Assembly: GCA_963792075.1 (NCBI GenBank)
Contig: CAWBUW010000007.1
Location: forward strand, 846,429-910,428
DNA length: 64,000 nt
Reading direction: 5' to 3'
Source of the DNA: an uncultured Chloroflexia bacterium
GTDB taxonomy: Bacteria; Chloroflexota; Anaerolineae; Anaerolineales; UBA4823
Every line of letters begins with the position of its first letter. Position 1 is the stretch's first letter. The translations under genes and the position numbers were made by a program. Below are positions 18,924-28,751 of this stretch, piece after piece. The notes below the pieces were generated by a model. The model did no database searches. It saw nothing but the letters and a program-made list of their open reading frames with translations, and was not told the origin of the DNA.

Positions 18924-20576
18924 TCACACGCCCGCAGCCTTGAAGGCATCCGCCACAATCGCTTGCGCTTCCTCCTGGATCTGGTTCAGGTGATCTTTGC
19001 CCTTAAAGCTTTCGGCATAGATCTTATACACATTCTCGGTTCCGGAAGGCCGCGCCGCGAACCAACCGTTTTCGGTCACTACCTTCAAGCCGCCGATTGC
19101 TGCACCGTTGCACGGCGCGTGAGTCAGCCGTGATGTGATCTTCTCACCCGCCAGTGTCTGCGCCTGCACCATCTCGGGGGACAGGCTGCCCAGAACCTTC
19201 TTCTGAGCCGGGTTGGCGGGAGCATCCATGCGCTCGTAAGCCGAGGCACCGAACTCCGCTTCCAGGTCCTGGTAATGTTCGCCAGGGTCACGCCCCGTCA
19301 CAGCCAGGATTTCAGCAGCCAACAGGTTCAGCAGGATGCCGTCTTTATCCGTCGTCCAGACCGTGCCATCCTTGCGTAAGAACGAGGCTCCCGCGCTCTC
19401 TTCACCCCCAAAGCCCATGCTGCCGCTGACCAACCCGTCCACAAAGAACTTGAAGCCCACCGGCACTTCGCACAGTTTCCGGCCCAGTTTCGCAGCTACA
19501 CGGTCGATCATAGAGCTGGAGACCAGCGTCTTGCCCACCGCTACCTCCGCACCCCAACCTGGCCGGTGTGTGAACAGGTATTGGATAGCTGTGGCCAGGT
19601 AATGGTTCGGGTTCATCAATCCCACCGAGCGCGTCACGATCCCATGCCGGTCGCTGTCCGGGTCATTCCCAAACGCAATATCGAAACGGTCTTTCAATCC
19701 GATCAAGCTGGCCATGGCATACGGTGACGAGCAGTCCATACGGATCTTGCCATCATAGTCTACGGTCATAAAACTGAAGGTGGGGTCAACATATCGGTTC
19801 ACCACCTCAAGCTGCAGCCCGTAGCGCTCGGCAACCGGCGCCCAGTACGCCACCGCCGCGCCGCCCATTGGGTCCACGCCGATCTTCAGCCCGGCAGCCG
19901 CGATCTTTCCCATCTCGATCACATTGCCCAGGTCAGCCACATACGGTGTAATAAAATCATATTCGTGCACCAGCTCGCTCTTCATTGCTTTTTCATAAGG
20001 CTGGCGCTTCACCCCTTGCAATCCCTGCTCCAGAAGCTGGTTCGCCCGGTCCTGGATCGTCCTGGTCGTTCCAGCATCTGCGGGTCCCCCCGACGGTGGG
20101 TTGTACTTAAACCCGCCATCCTCTGGAGGGTTGTGCGATGGGGTGATCACCACCCCATCTGCCAGCCCGCTTTTTCGCCTGCGGTTATAGCTCAAGATGG
20201 CGTGCGAAATCACCGGCGTGGGGGTATAGCCCAATCCAGCCTGGATCATCACCGTCATCCCGTTCGCAGCCAGAACCTCCACCGCGGTGCGCAGTGCAGG
20301 TTCTGAAAGTGCATGCGTGTCCATCCCGATGTAAAGCGGCCCCGTATAACCTTGCCCCTGGCGGTATTCGCATAAAGCCTGGCTTATCGCCAGGATGTGC
20401 GCCTCGTTGAAACTGCCTTTCGTCGAAGAACCCCGGTGCCCGGAGGTGCCGAAAGCCACCCGCTGCTCGCTATTTGCCGGGTCTGGGCTTTGCGTGTAAT
20501 ATGCCGTCACGAGGCGAGGAACATTGACCAACATCTCTTTGGGGGCTATCTTCCCCGCGAATGGATGTGCACACAT
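18924..20576 (-). CDS. pgm: phosphoglucomutase (alpha-D-glucose phosphate-specific)
   Basis: 550-aa ORF with GTSGHRG and the phosphoserine loop [15 protein letters not shown]. It resembles E. coli Pgm along its full length, as recalled. Confidence 0.9.
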   Translation of the reverse strand: MCAHPFAGKIAPKEMLVNVPRLVTAYYTQSPDPANSEQRVAFGTSGHRGSSTKGSFNEAHILAISQALCEYRQGQGYTGPLYIGMDTHALSEPALRTAVEVLAANGMTVMIQAGLGYTPTPVISHAILSYNRRRKSGLADGVVITPSHNPPEDGGFKYNPPSGGPADAGTTRTIQDRANQLLEQGLQGVKRQPYEKAMKSELVHEYDFITPYVADLGNVIEMGKIAAAGLKIGVDPMGGAAVAYWAPVAERYGLQLEVVNRYVDPTFSFMTVDYDGKIRMDCSSPYAMASLIGLKDRFDIAFGNDPDSDRHGIVTRSVGLMNPNHYLATAIQYLFTHRPGWGAEVAVGKTLVSSSMIDRVAAKLGRKLCEVPVGFKFFVDGLVSGSMGFGGEESAGASFLRKDGTVWTTDKDGILLNLLAAEILAVTGRDPGEHYQDLEAEFGASAYERMDAPANPAQKKVLGSLSPEMVQAQTLAGEKITSRLTHAPCNGAAIGGLKVVTENGWFAARPSGTENVYKIYAESFKGKDHLNQIQEEAQAIVADAFKAAGV

Positions 20577-20778
20577 ATTGAATCCTCCACTTGTGAATTT
20601 TAATGCCTGTGACAGGATGGCTAATTTGAATTCAGTGACTCGTATTAATGATTTTACTATACTCTGGGAGCACTAAAAGGTAGGCTATAATTAGGTCTTG
20701 CCAGCCTCTATTCAGGCTGATCGAAACACTCCACTTCCCAAGTTATTGAGAAATTACTCTTGATCCTAGGAGAATGGT

Positions 20779-21168
20779 ATGCGACTTTATGTAGACAGTG
20801 CCAGGTGCTCTGGGTGCCGAGCGTGCCTGGTCGCTTGCTCGCTCAACCTGTTCGAAGAGACCAACCCTAAAAAAGCAGCCTTGCTGCTGCTGCCCAGGTT
20901 CCCCGCGCCGGGTGTGTATGAGATGAAAGTCTGTACCCAGTGCGGTGAATGTGCGGAAGCGTGCCCCACCGAAGCGATTGTCAAAAACGAGCGTGGTATT
21001 TATCACGTTGATGCGGAGCTGTGCAACCTGTGTGAGGCTTGCGTTTCCGCTTGCCCTGAAAGCGTGATGTTCGTCCGCCCGGAACTTGCGGATCACGCCT
21101 GGAAGTGCGATTTGTGTGCTGACTGCGTGAGTGTGTGCGGCACCAGCGCCTTGTGGATTGCGAATTAG
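20779..21168 (+). CDS. 2x[4Fe-4S] ferredoxin-domain protein
   Basis: 129-aa ORF with several CxxCxxCxxxCP-type clusters (CSGCRACLVAC, CTQCGECAEACP, CNLCEACVSACP, CDLCADCVSVC). Confidence 0.8.
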   Translation: MRLYVDSARCSGCRACLVACSLNLFEETNPKKAALLLLPRFPAPGVYEMKVCTQCGECAEACPTEAIVKNERGIYHVDAELCNLCEACVSACPESVMFVRPELADHAWKCDLCADCVSVCGTSALWIAN

Positions 21169-21178
21169 GAGGAGTGGT

Positions 21179-23005
21179 ATGTTAAACGGATATGGCGGTT
21201 CTATTTTACGAGTTAATCTGACTACGGGTAAGATCACCCAAGAACCTACTCCCCCCCAGGTGGCGCGTGATTTTTTGGGTGGGCGCGGCTTCGGCATTTA
21301 TTTCCTGACCAAAGAAGTCCCTGTGGGCGCAGATGCCCTTGGCCCCGAGAACAAACTCATTATCTCCACAGGTCCCTTTTCTGGGATGCTGATCCCAGGC
21401 GGTGGTAAGTGCGATTGGACCACCAAATCCCCGCTTACCGGCGGCTACGCCGATGCTTCGATGGGCGGTCATTTCACGGCTGAGATGAAATACGCCGGGC
21501 TGGACAGCATCATCCTGGAAGGGATCAGCCCAAAGCCAGTGTACCTGTTCATCGACGACCGCAAAGTCGAGCTGCGCGACGCGGCCCACTTGTGGGGTAA
21601 AGGCGCCATTGAAGTCGAGAACCAGTTCAAAGAGAAGCTGGGTGAAGAATTCCAGATTGCGGCCATAGGCCCCGGCGGCGAAAACCAGGTGCTTTTCGCC
21701 TGCATCAACCACGATTATGGGCGCCAGGCCGGGCGCGGCGGAGTAGGCGCGGTGATGGGCAGTAAAAAGCTCAAAGCCATTGTGCTGCACGGTACGCAGT
21801 CCGTGCCGGTGGCAGATACCGCTGCCTATCGCAAAGCCGGTGTGGCGATCTACAAGGCTTGCAAAGACGCAGAGGGCCTGAAAGAGTGGACGCGCTACGG
21901 CACGACCATTGTTACCAGTTGGTGTGATGAAGTAGGCGCTCTGCCTACGCGCAACTTCAGCGCCGGTTCCTTCGAGGGCGGCAAGACGCTCTACGGCCCG
22001 GTGATGCGCGAGCAAATTGTTACCGCCGACAAGGGCTGCTTTGGCTGCCCATGCCCGTGCGGGAAATACAGCACGCTGAAGCGCTATGGCACGTACGTAG
22101 AAGGCCCGGAGTACGAGAGCATTGGCCTGCTTGGTTCGAACCTGGGCATCTCGGATATACAGGATGTGGCGCAAGCTAATCTGCTGTGCGACGACCTGGG
22201 GATCGACTCGATTAGCGCCGGCAGCGTCATCGGCTGGGCCATGGAATGCTATCAAAAAGGCATCCTGACTCAAGAAGACACGGATGGGTTGGACCTGCAC
22301 TTCGGCAATGTCGAGGCGACATTCAGCGCCATCCACAAGATCGCTGCCCGGGAGGGCAAGCTGGGGGCGCTGCTCTCGGAAGGCGTCAAGAAGGCCGCCC
22401 AAAAAGTGGGCCAGGGCAGCGAAAAATTCGCCATTCACATCAAAGGCATGGAACAGTCCGCCTATGCCACGCATAACGCGACTGCCATGCTGCTGGCGTA
22501 CATGACTTGCGATGTGGGCGCTCATCACAACCGGTCATGGGCCATCACCTATGATTTGCAAGTGGGCCGCGAGCGTGTGGTGCCCGAAAAAGTACAGCGC
22601 ATCATCTGGCTGCAAAACTTCCGCCCCATGTTCGATGTCCTGGGCGGGTGCCGCCTGCAATGGGTGGAGCTGGGCATTGACCGCGACTTGTATGTACCCG
22701 CATTAGAGGCGATCACCGGTATTCACCGTTCCTGGGAAGACCTGGAGCAGGTAGGCAATCGCATCTGGAACTTGACCCGCCTGTATTGGATGCGTGAGAA
22801 TGAGGGGTTTGACCGGACATGGGATTTACCCTCGCCGCGTTTCTACCAAGAAGCCCCCACGACGGGCGCGACTACCGGGCAGATCACGAAATACGAAGAT
22901 GTCGAACGCCTGCTGGACATGTACTACGAACAGCGCGGCTGGTCTGCCCAAGGCTTGCCCACGCCAGAGACGCTGGAAAAGATTGGTTTGCAGGCATTCA
23001 TTTGA
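21179..23005 (+). CDS. aor: tungsten-type aldehyde:ferredoxin oxidoreductase (AOR family)
   Basis: ORF trimmed to MLNGYGGSILRVNLTTGKI behind an AGGAGGAG RBS. The AOR N-terminal and catalytic domains are recognisable by eye. Confidence 0.85.
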   Translation: MLNGYGGSILRVNLTTGKITQEPTPPQVARDFLGGRGFGIYFLTKEVPVGADALGPENKLIISTGPFSGMLIPGGGKCDWTTKSPLTGGYADASMGGHFTAEMKYAGLDSIILEGISPKPVYLFIDDRKVELRDAAHLWGKGAIEVENQFKEKLGEEFQIAAIGPGGENQVLFACINHDYGRQAGRGGVGAVMGSKKLKAIVLHGTQSVPVADTAAYRKAGVAIYKACKDAEGLKEWTRYGTTIVTSWCDEVGALPTRNFSAGSFEGGKTLYGPVMREQIVTADKGCFGCPCPCGKYSTLKRYGTYVEGPEYESIGLLGSNLGISDIQDVAQANLLCDDLGIDSISAGSVIGWAMECYQKGILTQEDTDGLDLHFGNVEATFSAIHKIAAREGKLGALLSEGVKKAAQKVGQGSEKFAIHIKGMEQSAYATHNATAMLLAYMTCDVGAHHNRSWAITYDLQVGRERVVPEKVQRIIWLQNFRPMFDVLGGCRLQWVELGIDRDLYVPALEAITGIHRSWEDLEQVGNRIWNLTRLYWMRENEGFDRTWDLPSPRFYQEAPTTGATTGQITKYEDVERLLDMYYEQRGWSAQGLPTPETLEKIGLQAFI

Positions 23006-23226
23006 CCGCGATCATCAAACCCTACGGCATATTGAAATCTTACGTCGCTGGGCAAGCTGAAGTCACCGTCGAGGCCGGGCAGACGATTCGCGAGACGCTG
23101 GTAGCGCTTAAGATCATCCCCGAATTAGCTGCGTTGGTTTTGGTCAATGATGAAAATCAATCCAAGGACTACGTAGTGAAAGACGGGGATGTGATTAAGC
23201 TGATGGCTGTGATGGGGGGCGGGTAG
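23002..23226 (+). CDS. MoaD/ThiS-like ubiquitin-fold protein ending in Gly-Gly
   Basis: The TTG start overlaps the AOR stop (TTGA). The 74-aa product ends ...VIKLMAVMGGG, a beta-grasp sulfur-carrier-like C-terminus. Confidence 0.55.
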   Translation: MTAIIKPYGILKSYVAGQAEVTVEAGQTIRETLVALKIIPELAALVLVNDENQSKDYVVKDGDVIKLMAVMGGG

Positions 23227-23329
23227 CGATACAGGGTTCGTGGAAGCTTAGGGATCTCAATCACGAATTTATTCGTTTGTTCGTTGGATTGGCTACGATC
23301 CCTGCCAGCATGGCGGGGTTTCGCAATCT

Positions 23330-23647
23330 CTATCTTACCAACGTTTCTTCCATCGGCGAGACTTCCGCTTCCAGGCGGTCCCCCAGTTCTTCCCTGGCCA
23401 TCTCCAGCTCATAAAGAGACTGAAGATTAAGCCAGAATTCCGGTGTGGTGTTCGTGGCGCGCGCCAGCCTGAGCGCCGTGTCGCCGCTGATCCCACGCCG
23501 GCCGCGCACGACGTCATTCAGCCGCGTAGTAGTGATATTCATCGACTTCGCGAGCTTGTTCTGTGACACTCCCCACGGCTTCAGGAATTCTTCAAGGAGC
23601 ACTTCTCCAGGATGTACAGGCGGAATCTTGTCCATTTGTAACCTCAT
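23330..23647 (-). CDS. higA: HigA-family antitoxin (XRE HTH)
   Basis: PPVHPGEVLLEEFLKP...SQNKLAKSMNITTTRLNDVVRGRRGISGDTALRLA. The start ATG overlaps the higB stop (ATGA); an alternative start lies at 23635. Confidence 0.85.
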   Translation of the reverse strand: MRLQMDKIPPVHPGEVLLEEFLKPWGVSQNKLAKSMNITTTRLNDVVRGRRGISGDTALRLARATNTTPEFWLNLQSLYELEMAREELGDRLEAEVSPMEETLVR

Positions 23648-23928
23648 TTGTGATAATCCACGATTTCAACATTGTGGGCATCTTTGCCCAACCATTCAAA
23701 GCAGATCCTCCACCGATTATTTACCCGGATTGAGTATTGGTCGCTCCTCTCGCCCTGCAGCTTCTCGAGCCGGTTGCCGGGCGGGGATTTCAGGTCTAAT
23801 AGGGCAGTAGCAGAATGGATCATTGCCAGCTTGCGGTAAGCAGCCGCCTGAATATCCCTCGGAAGTTTTGTGGACCATTCCCGGGTAAATACCTTTCTGG
23901 TTGCTTCATCTTTGAAAGAGAGAATCAT
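23644..23928 (-). CDS. higB: HigB-family toxin (RelE/ParE superfamily)
   Basis: 94-aa ORF containing ...LDLKSPPGNRLEKLQGERSDQYSIRVNNRWRICFEW, which is characteristic of HigB killer proteins. Confidence 0.85.
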   Translation of the reverse strand: MILSFKDEATRKVFTREWSTKLPRDIQAAAYRKLAMIHSATALLDLKSPPGNRLEKLQGERSDQYSIRVNNRWRICFEWLGKDAHNVEIVDYHK

Positions 23929-24155
23929 ATCTTTATTATATCCTGCTTTTCGATATAAAGTATAAATATTTTCTAATCCATGACTTGGTGAATAGATTTC
24001 GAATCTGTTTGCCTAAAGCTTATTTTGCTGCCACAGGCTGAAAGGCAAAATTGCAAAAATCCCACAAAAGTGGGGCTTTTGCAGGATTTTTCGAGCTAAT
24101 TTGGATCTATGTTCGATTTTTTGGGCCGTTTTTAAGGCCAAAGTGGGAGAAAATG

Positions 24156-24226
24156 AAAAACCAGGCTGGGGATGAAGGAGTTGAACCTCCGCATACAGAT
24201 CCAGAGTTTGCTGTCCTACCACTAGA
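24156..24226 (-). tRNA. tRNA-Gln (anticodon CTG)
   Basis: Manual cloverleaf. Acceptor stem TGGGGAT/ATCCCCA with a U1:A72 pair, D-arm GTCT-AGTGGTA-GGAC, and anticodon arm GCAAA-CTCTGGA-TCTGT (one A.C mismatch and one G.U pair). T-arm GGAGG-TTCAACT-CCTTC, discriminator G. CCA is not fully encoded. Confidence 0.8.
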
Positions 24227-24274
24227 CGAATCCCCAATTAGTAAAGTGGGGATTATTTTACCACAATTTGCTTT

Positions 24275-25762
24275 TTACATCCCTTCCAGCAGCGCTACCG
24301 CCCTCCGCAGGCGAGCCAGTACTTTCTCCCGGCCAATGATCTCCATGCTTTCGAACAGAGGCGGGCTGACCGTCTGGCCAGTCACCGCGGCGCGCAAAAT
24401 TCCAAACAACTGCCCGGCGCTTAAACCCAATTCTTCTCCCAGCTCCCGCAGCGGGGCTTCCATCGTTGTGTGTGTCAGCTCGGGTAAGCCTTCGATCAAT
24501 GTCAGCGCTATGCGGACGGCATTCGCCGACGCCGCGGGGGTCAGGTTTTTACCCACCAGGTCTTCCCGGTTTGGCTCCACGTTTTCTTTAAAGAAGAACC
24601 CTGCCATAGCTGGCGCTTCATCCAGCCCGCCCAGGCGTTCCTGGACAATTGGCGCAATCTTGCGCAGCCGCGCATCATCTGCATCGATACCCGCCTGGGT
24701 AAAGAATGGTTTGATTCTCCCAGCCAGGTCATCCAGCGCCAGGCTGCGGATGTGTAAACCGTTAAAATGATCGAACTTGGTAAAGTTAATCGCCGCAGGT
24801 GCCGGGTTGAGCTTGTCCAGGCTGAACTTTTCAATCAAGTCCTGCATGGTAAAGAATTCAGTATGATCGTCATAGCTCCAGCCCATCAGGGCGATCCAGT
24901 TAACCACGGCCTCCGGCAGATAGCCCAATCCTTCCAGGTCGGTCAGGAAGATCGAATAACCGTCTTTCATAAATTCCGAAGATTCGCGCTTGCTCATCTT
25001 GCCCTTACCACTCGGCTTCAAGAATAACGATAGGTGCAAGAATTCCGGCATGGGCCAGCCTAAAGCCCGGATCACGTGCGCGTGCAGCGGCAAGCTCGGC
25101 AGCCACTCCGAACCACGCACCACGTGCGTGATCTTCATATCGAAGTCGTCTGCCATCGCGGCCAGGTGATACACCGGCAGCCCATCGGATCTCACCAGGA
25201 TGGCATCATCCAGGTTGCTGTTTTCTACAGTAATCTCCCCACGCAAGCGGTCCGTGACCGTAATCGTGCCTTCGTGCGGCATCTTGAAGCGCACCACATG
25301 TTTCTCCCCATTAGCGACCCGCCGGGCAGCCTCGTCTGGGTCCAGGCGGCGGCACAACCCATCGTAATGGGGGGACAGTTTTTGCTTCTGTTGTTCCTGG
25401 CGTACCTTCTCCAGCCGGTCGGGCGTACAAAAGCAGTAATAAGCGTGTCCGCGCTCGATCAACTGGCGCTCATACATCTGGTATTGGTCGCGGCGCTGCG
25501 ATTGGCGGTAGGGTCCGTAGGGCCCGCCCACATCAAAGCCTTCATCCCATTCCAACCCCAGCCAATGCAGCCCATGCGCAATCTCTTCCTCTGCTCCTGG
25601 GACGTAGCGCCTGGTGTCTGTATCTTCCAGGCGTAAAATGAATTGACCACCCGTCTGCCGCGCCATCAAAAAATTATATAAGGCTGTCCGCCCTCCGCCG
25701 ACGTGTAAACGCCCCGTGGGGGAAGGTGCAAAACGTACCCGTACTGGGGATTGTGTTGTCAT
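24275..25762 (-). CDS. gltX: glutamate--tRNA ligase
   Basis: ORF trimmed to MTTQSPVRVRFAPSPTG behind AAGGAG. It carries the HIGH-type motif (RLHVGGGRTAL) and KMSKR. Confidence 0.9.
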   Translation of the reverse strand: MTTQSPVRVRFAPSPTGRLHVGGGRTALYNFLMARQTGGQFILRLEDTDTRRYVPGAEEEIAHGLHWLGLEWDEGFDVGGPYGPYRQSQRRDQYQMYERQLIERGHAYYCFCTPDRLEKVRQEQQKQKLSPHYDGLCRRLDPDEAARRVANGEKHVVRFKMPHEGTITVTDRLRGEITVENSNLDDAILVRSDGLPVYHLAAMADDFDMKITHVVRGSEWLPSLPLHAHVIRALGWPMPEFLHLSLFLKPSGKGKMSKRESSEFMKDGYSIFLTDLEGLGYLPEAVVNWIALMGWSYDDHTEFFTMQDLIEKFSLDKLNPAPAAINFTKFDHFNGLHIRSLALDDLAGRIKPFFTQAGIDADDARLRKIAPIVQERLGGLDEAPAMAGFFFKENVEPNREDLVGKNLTPAASANAVRIALTLIEGLPELTHTTMEAPLRELGEELGLSAGQLFGILRAAVTGQTVSPPLFESMEIIGREKVLARLRRAVALLEGM

Positions 25763-25788
25763 CCCATGCTCCTTAAACAATTATTTTA

Positions 25789-25829
25789 CGTGTTGATTGC
25801 GCACAATAAAATTGTGCGCAATCAACACG
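25789..25829. terminator. perfect 19-bp hairpin between rodA and gltX
   Basis: cgtgttgattgcgcacaat-aaa-attgtgcgcaatcaacacg. There is no clear U-tract, so this may be a terminator or a protein-binding palindrome. Confidence 0.5.
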
Positions 25830-25844
25830 TAGGCCCATTTTACT

Positions 25845-26939
25845 TCAAAATTCCAGCGCCCGGTGACGCAACACGACGCTTTCCACCAATCCAACCCCCA
25901 TCAATAGCGAAAGCAGTGACGATCCCCCATACGATATGAACGGCAAAGTCAGGCCTGTAGCCGGCAAAAGCTGCAAATTCACCCCCATATTCACCATTGC
26001 CTGGAAGGCAAACAGAGTAGCCACACCATAACAGATCAGCCCGCCGAACGTGTCCCGGGATATACGCGCCGCTCGCAGTACACGGAAAATCACGAACATC
26101 ATCACCAGCATCATGATCACGATGCCGATGAAACCGAACTCCTCCGCGGTCACAGAAAAAATGAAGTCGGACCAGCGCACTTTTAGAAAGCGTCCCTGCA
26201 CCTGCGTCCCCTGTCCATACCCTTGCCCAAACCACCCTCCGGAGCCAATGGCGATCAGCGCCTGCTGCAGGTTGTACTGCTCGCCATAGCTCGCTGCCGG
26301 GTCGGGGAAAATAAAATTCAAGATGCGCCGTTGCTGGTATTCCTCCAGGAATGGGAAAGCGACAAAGGGGAGCACCGTCCCCCCCACAAAGAACAGCAGC
26401 AAATGCTGCCAGCGCAGCCCGCCTGCCCAAAGCAGGGCAAACCAGACCGCCAGGATCACCAGAGAAGTAGACAGGTTCGGTTGGAGCAAAATAGGCAGCA
26501 TGACCCCCGCAGTATACAACAGGCTGCGCGCCACCCCGATCAGGCTGCCTATCCTTTCCCGGTTGCGCGCAAAAAAGTCTGCCAGAGTCAGGATCACCAC
26601 GATCTTGGCGATCTCGGAGGGCTGGATCAAGATCACACCCGTGTCAAACCAGCGCGCCGAACCGTACAACGCCTGGCCGGCGATTGTCAATGCTGCCAGG
26701 AACACCACGGTGATCACATACATTGGCCGGCTGATGGAAGCCCAAAGGTGGTAGTCGATACTGGCGACGATGAATACAACCACAAATCCGGCTGCCGCGA
26801 AGATAATCTGCCTCTGGACCAGGTTGGCTTGTTCCAACTCGATGTTGCCTGCCACCGCAGAGCGGATCATTGTTACGCCAAAAATGGTCAGCAGCGCCAC
26901 CGCCCCCAACAGCCAGAAATCGAAATGCCTCCAGTTCAC
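25845..26939 (-). CDS. rodA: SEDS-family peptidoglycan glycosyltransferase (RodA/FtsW family)
   Basis: 364-aa polytopic protein with FtsW/RodA/SpoVE-type sequence. It shares a cluster with mreBCD-mrdA. Confidence 0.8.
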   Translation of the reverse strand: MNWRHFDFWLLGAVALLTIFGVTMIRSAVAGNIELEQANLVQRQIIFAAAGFVVVFIVASIDYHLWASISRPMYVITVVFLAALTIAGQALYGSARWFDTGVILIQPSEIAKIVVILTLADFFARNRERIGSLIGVARSLLYTAGVMLPILLQPNLSTSLVILAVWFALLWAGGLRWQHLLLFFVGGTVLPFVAFPFLEEYQQRRILNFIFPDPAASYGEQYNLQQALIAIGSGGWFGQGYGQGTQVQGRFLKVRWSDFIFSVTAEEFGFIGIVIMMLVMMFVIFRVLRAARISRDTFGGLICYGVATLFAFQAMVNMGVNLQLLPATGLTLPFISYGGSSLLSLLMGVGLVESVVLRHRALEF

Positions 26940-27199
26940 TTACCCCGCCGCATTGGTCGCAGCGGAATATCCGCTATCAACCGCTGCTCACGGCCCTCCT
27001 GCTGCATCGCGATCCTTACTGTACGCGGGTCGATCTCCACATAGCGCGAGATCACCTCGATCAACTCATCCTTCATCGAATTTAATTTCGTCGGCGTCAG
27101 GTCCGTACGATCATGGATCAAGACCAATTGCAAACGTTCCTTAGCCTGGTTGGCGCTCTTCCTGTCACGGCCGAAGAGCGATTCAAAGAAGCTGCTCAT
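26936..27199 (-). CDS. minE: cell division topological specificity factor MinE
   Basis: ORF trimmed to MSSFFESLFGRDRKSANQAKERLQLVLIHDR, a typical MinE N-terminus. It lies directly after minD. Confidence 0.85.
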   Translation of the reverse strand: MSSFFESLFGRDRKSANQAKERLQLVLIHDRTDLTPTKLNSMKDELIEVISRYVEIDPRTVRIAMQQEGREQRLIADIPLRPMRRGK

Positions 27200-27200
27200 C

Positions 27201-27998
27201 TTAGCCTCCTCGGAAAAGTCGTCCCAACTTATTAAAGAAACCGTTGTGGTTATCCAGGTTGATGAAAGGTACATCATACCCTTGCAGCCGGCGGGCGATA
27301 TTGCGGAAGGCCTGCCCGGCCATGCTGCGGTTGTCCATCGCCACCGGTGCGCCGCGGTTGCCGCCCATCAGCACGGCCTCGTCTTCAGGCACGATCCCCA
27401 ATAGATCCACCGCCAGCAGCTCCAATACATCCTCAGTCGCCAGCATATCCCCGCGCTTCACCATTTCCGGTTTAAGCCGGTTGATGATCAAACGCGCCGG
27501 TCCTTTTTCTTCGGCCTCGATCAAGCCAATGATCCGGTCAGCGTCGCGTACCGCCGAGACTTCCGGATTGGTGACCACGATCACCATATCTGCCGGAGCA
27601 ACAGCGTTGCGGAAACCGCGTTCAATCCCGGCGGGCGAGTCGACTATGATCCAATCGCATTCCGAGCGCAGTTCATCACACAGCCGGATCATATCACTCG
27701 GCGAGACGGCTGTTTTGTCCCGAGTTTGCGCCGCAGGGATCAAATACAGCTCTGGCATACGTTTATCGCGGATCATCGCCTGGCGCAGCCGGCAGCGGCC
27801 TTCAATCACATCGACAATATCGTAAACGATCCGGTTTTCCAGCCCCAGGATCACATCCAGGTTGCGCAGCCCGATATCCGCGTCGATGCACACTACTTTG
27901 GCGCCATCCGTAGCCAACGCCACAGCCAGGTTCGCGGCTGTAGTGGTCTTACCCACGCCCCCCTTGCCCGAAGTCACAGTTACTACTTTAGCCACCAT
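27201..27998 (-). CDS. minD: septum site-determining ATPase MinD
   Basis: Deviant Walker A GKGGVGKTT; MinD-like along its full length; C-terminal amphipathic tail. Confidence 0.95.
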   Translation of the reverse strand: MVAKVVTVTSGKGGVGKTTTAANLAVALATDGAKVVCIDADIGLRNLDVILGLENRIVYDIVDVIEGRCRLRQAMIRDKRMPELYLIPAAQTRDKTAVSPSDMIRLCDELRSECDWIIVDSPAGIERGFRNAVAPADMVIVVTNPEVSAVRDADRIIGLIEAEEKGPARLIINRLKPEMVKRGDMLATEDVLELLAVDLLGIVPEDEAVLMGGNRGAPVAMDNRSMAGQAFRNIARRLQGYDVPFINLDNHNGFFNKLGRLFRGG

Positions 27999-28004
27999 AA
28001 ATGA

Positions 28005-28688
28005 TTACCTTACTTTCCATTCTTCCGATATAACTTTCCCATCTTTCAGGCAGGCTTGCTCTGGCAGCGCTTTTCCCCTCCGCTGGGGTGAAAGCGCGAT
28101 TTGCTCGCCAATGCGGAGCTGTGTAGGGCTTAAATCCAATGCACACACCACCGCCTCGCCATCTCCTTCGGCGCCAGCATGCACCACGCCGCGTAAATGC
28201 CCCCAAACGACCACGCTCCCCCCGGCAATAATTTCCGCTCCTGGGTTGACATCCCCAATCACGATCACGCTGCCTGGAAATTTCAAAGAGTAACCTGACC
28301 GCAGCGTTCGCCGGATGACCATTGCGCTTTCGCCGCCTTGCACCTCGGTATCCGCCGCAGCCTGGCTGCGAAAATAAGTGTTCGCGGAGGGTCGTGAGAG
28401 CCGAGTTGCCAGTCCAAGCGACTGAGCCGTCTGCTCGGTGGTCGGTGAATTGCTCAACACACCCCATAATGACAAGGAACGCTCCGAAATTTCGTCGCGC
28501 AAGCTGCCCAATTCGGCTGCATGCAAAACCTGGTTCCCCACGTCCAGGTACAGCTTCCCACCGCGCAAAAAATCCTGCTGCTGAGTCATCAGCTCCAACA
28601 GCGCAGCGCGCAGCTCAGGCCATTCCCCCTCTCCCATCGAGACGAGCAGCCCCTCACGAATCCCTTTGATCTGTACCTTAGGTGGCAT
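28005..28688 (-). CDS. minC: septum site-determining protein MinC
   Basis: ORF trimmed to MPPKVQIKGIREGLLV. The C-terminal beta-helix region (GDVNPGAEIIAGGSVVVWGHLRGVVHAG) is typical of MinC. Confidence 0.8.
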   Translation of the reverse strand: MPPKVQIKGIREGLLVSMGEGEWPELRAALLELMTQQQDFLRGGKLYLDVGNQVLHAAELGSLRDEISERSLSLWGVLSNSPTTEQTAQSLGLATRLSRPSANTYFRSQAAADTEVQGGESAMVIRRTLRSGYSLKFPGSVIVIGDVNPGAEIIAGGSVVVWGHLRGVVHAGAEGDGEAVVCALDLSPTQLRIGEQIALSPQRRGKALPEQACLKDGKVISEEWKVR

Positions 28689-28751
28689 ACGTAAGATTAT
28701 ACATGAAAATATCGCACAGTGTGTAGGGGCTGTCCACACTGTGAAGTTCAC

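Noticed and set aside
20577-20778. Moco/Tuco riboswitch in the leader of the ferredoxin-AOR operon
   Set aside because: Only a short AGCCUCU match and one 6-bp hairpin are present. The conserved GCCUCCC and GGAAAGG elements and the multi-stem architecture were not found by eye. A covariance-model search would be needed to revisit this.
23227-24226. HigBA as cargo of a small island integrated at tRNA-Gln
   Set aside because: No direct repeat of the tRNA-Gln 3' end was found between 23227 and 23330 or elsewhere nearby, and there is no integrase.
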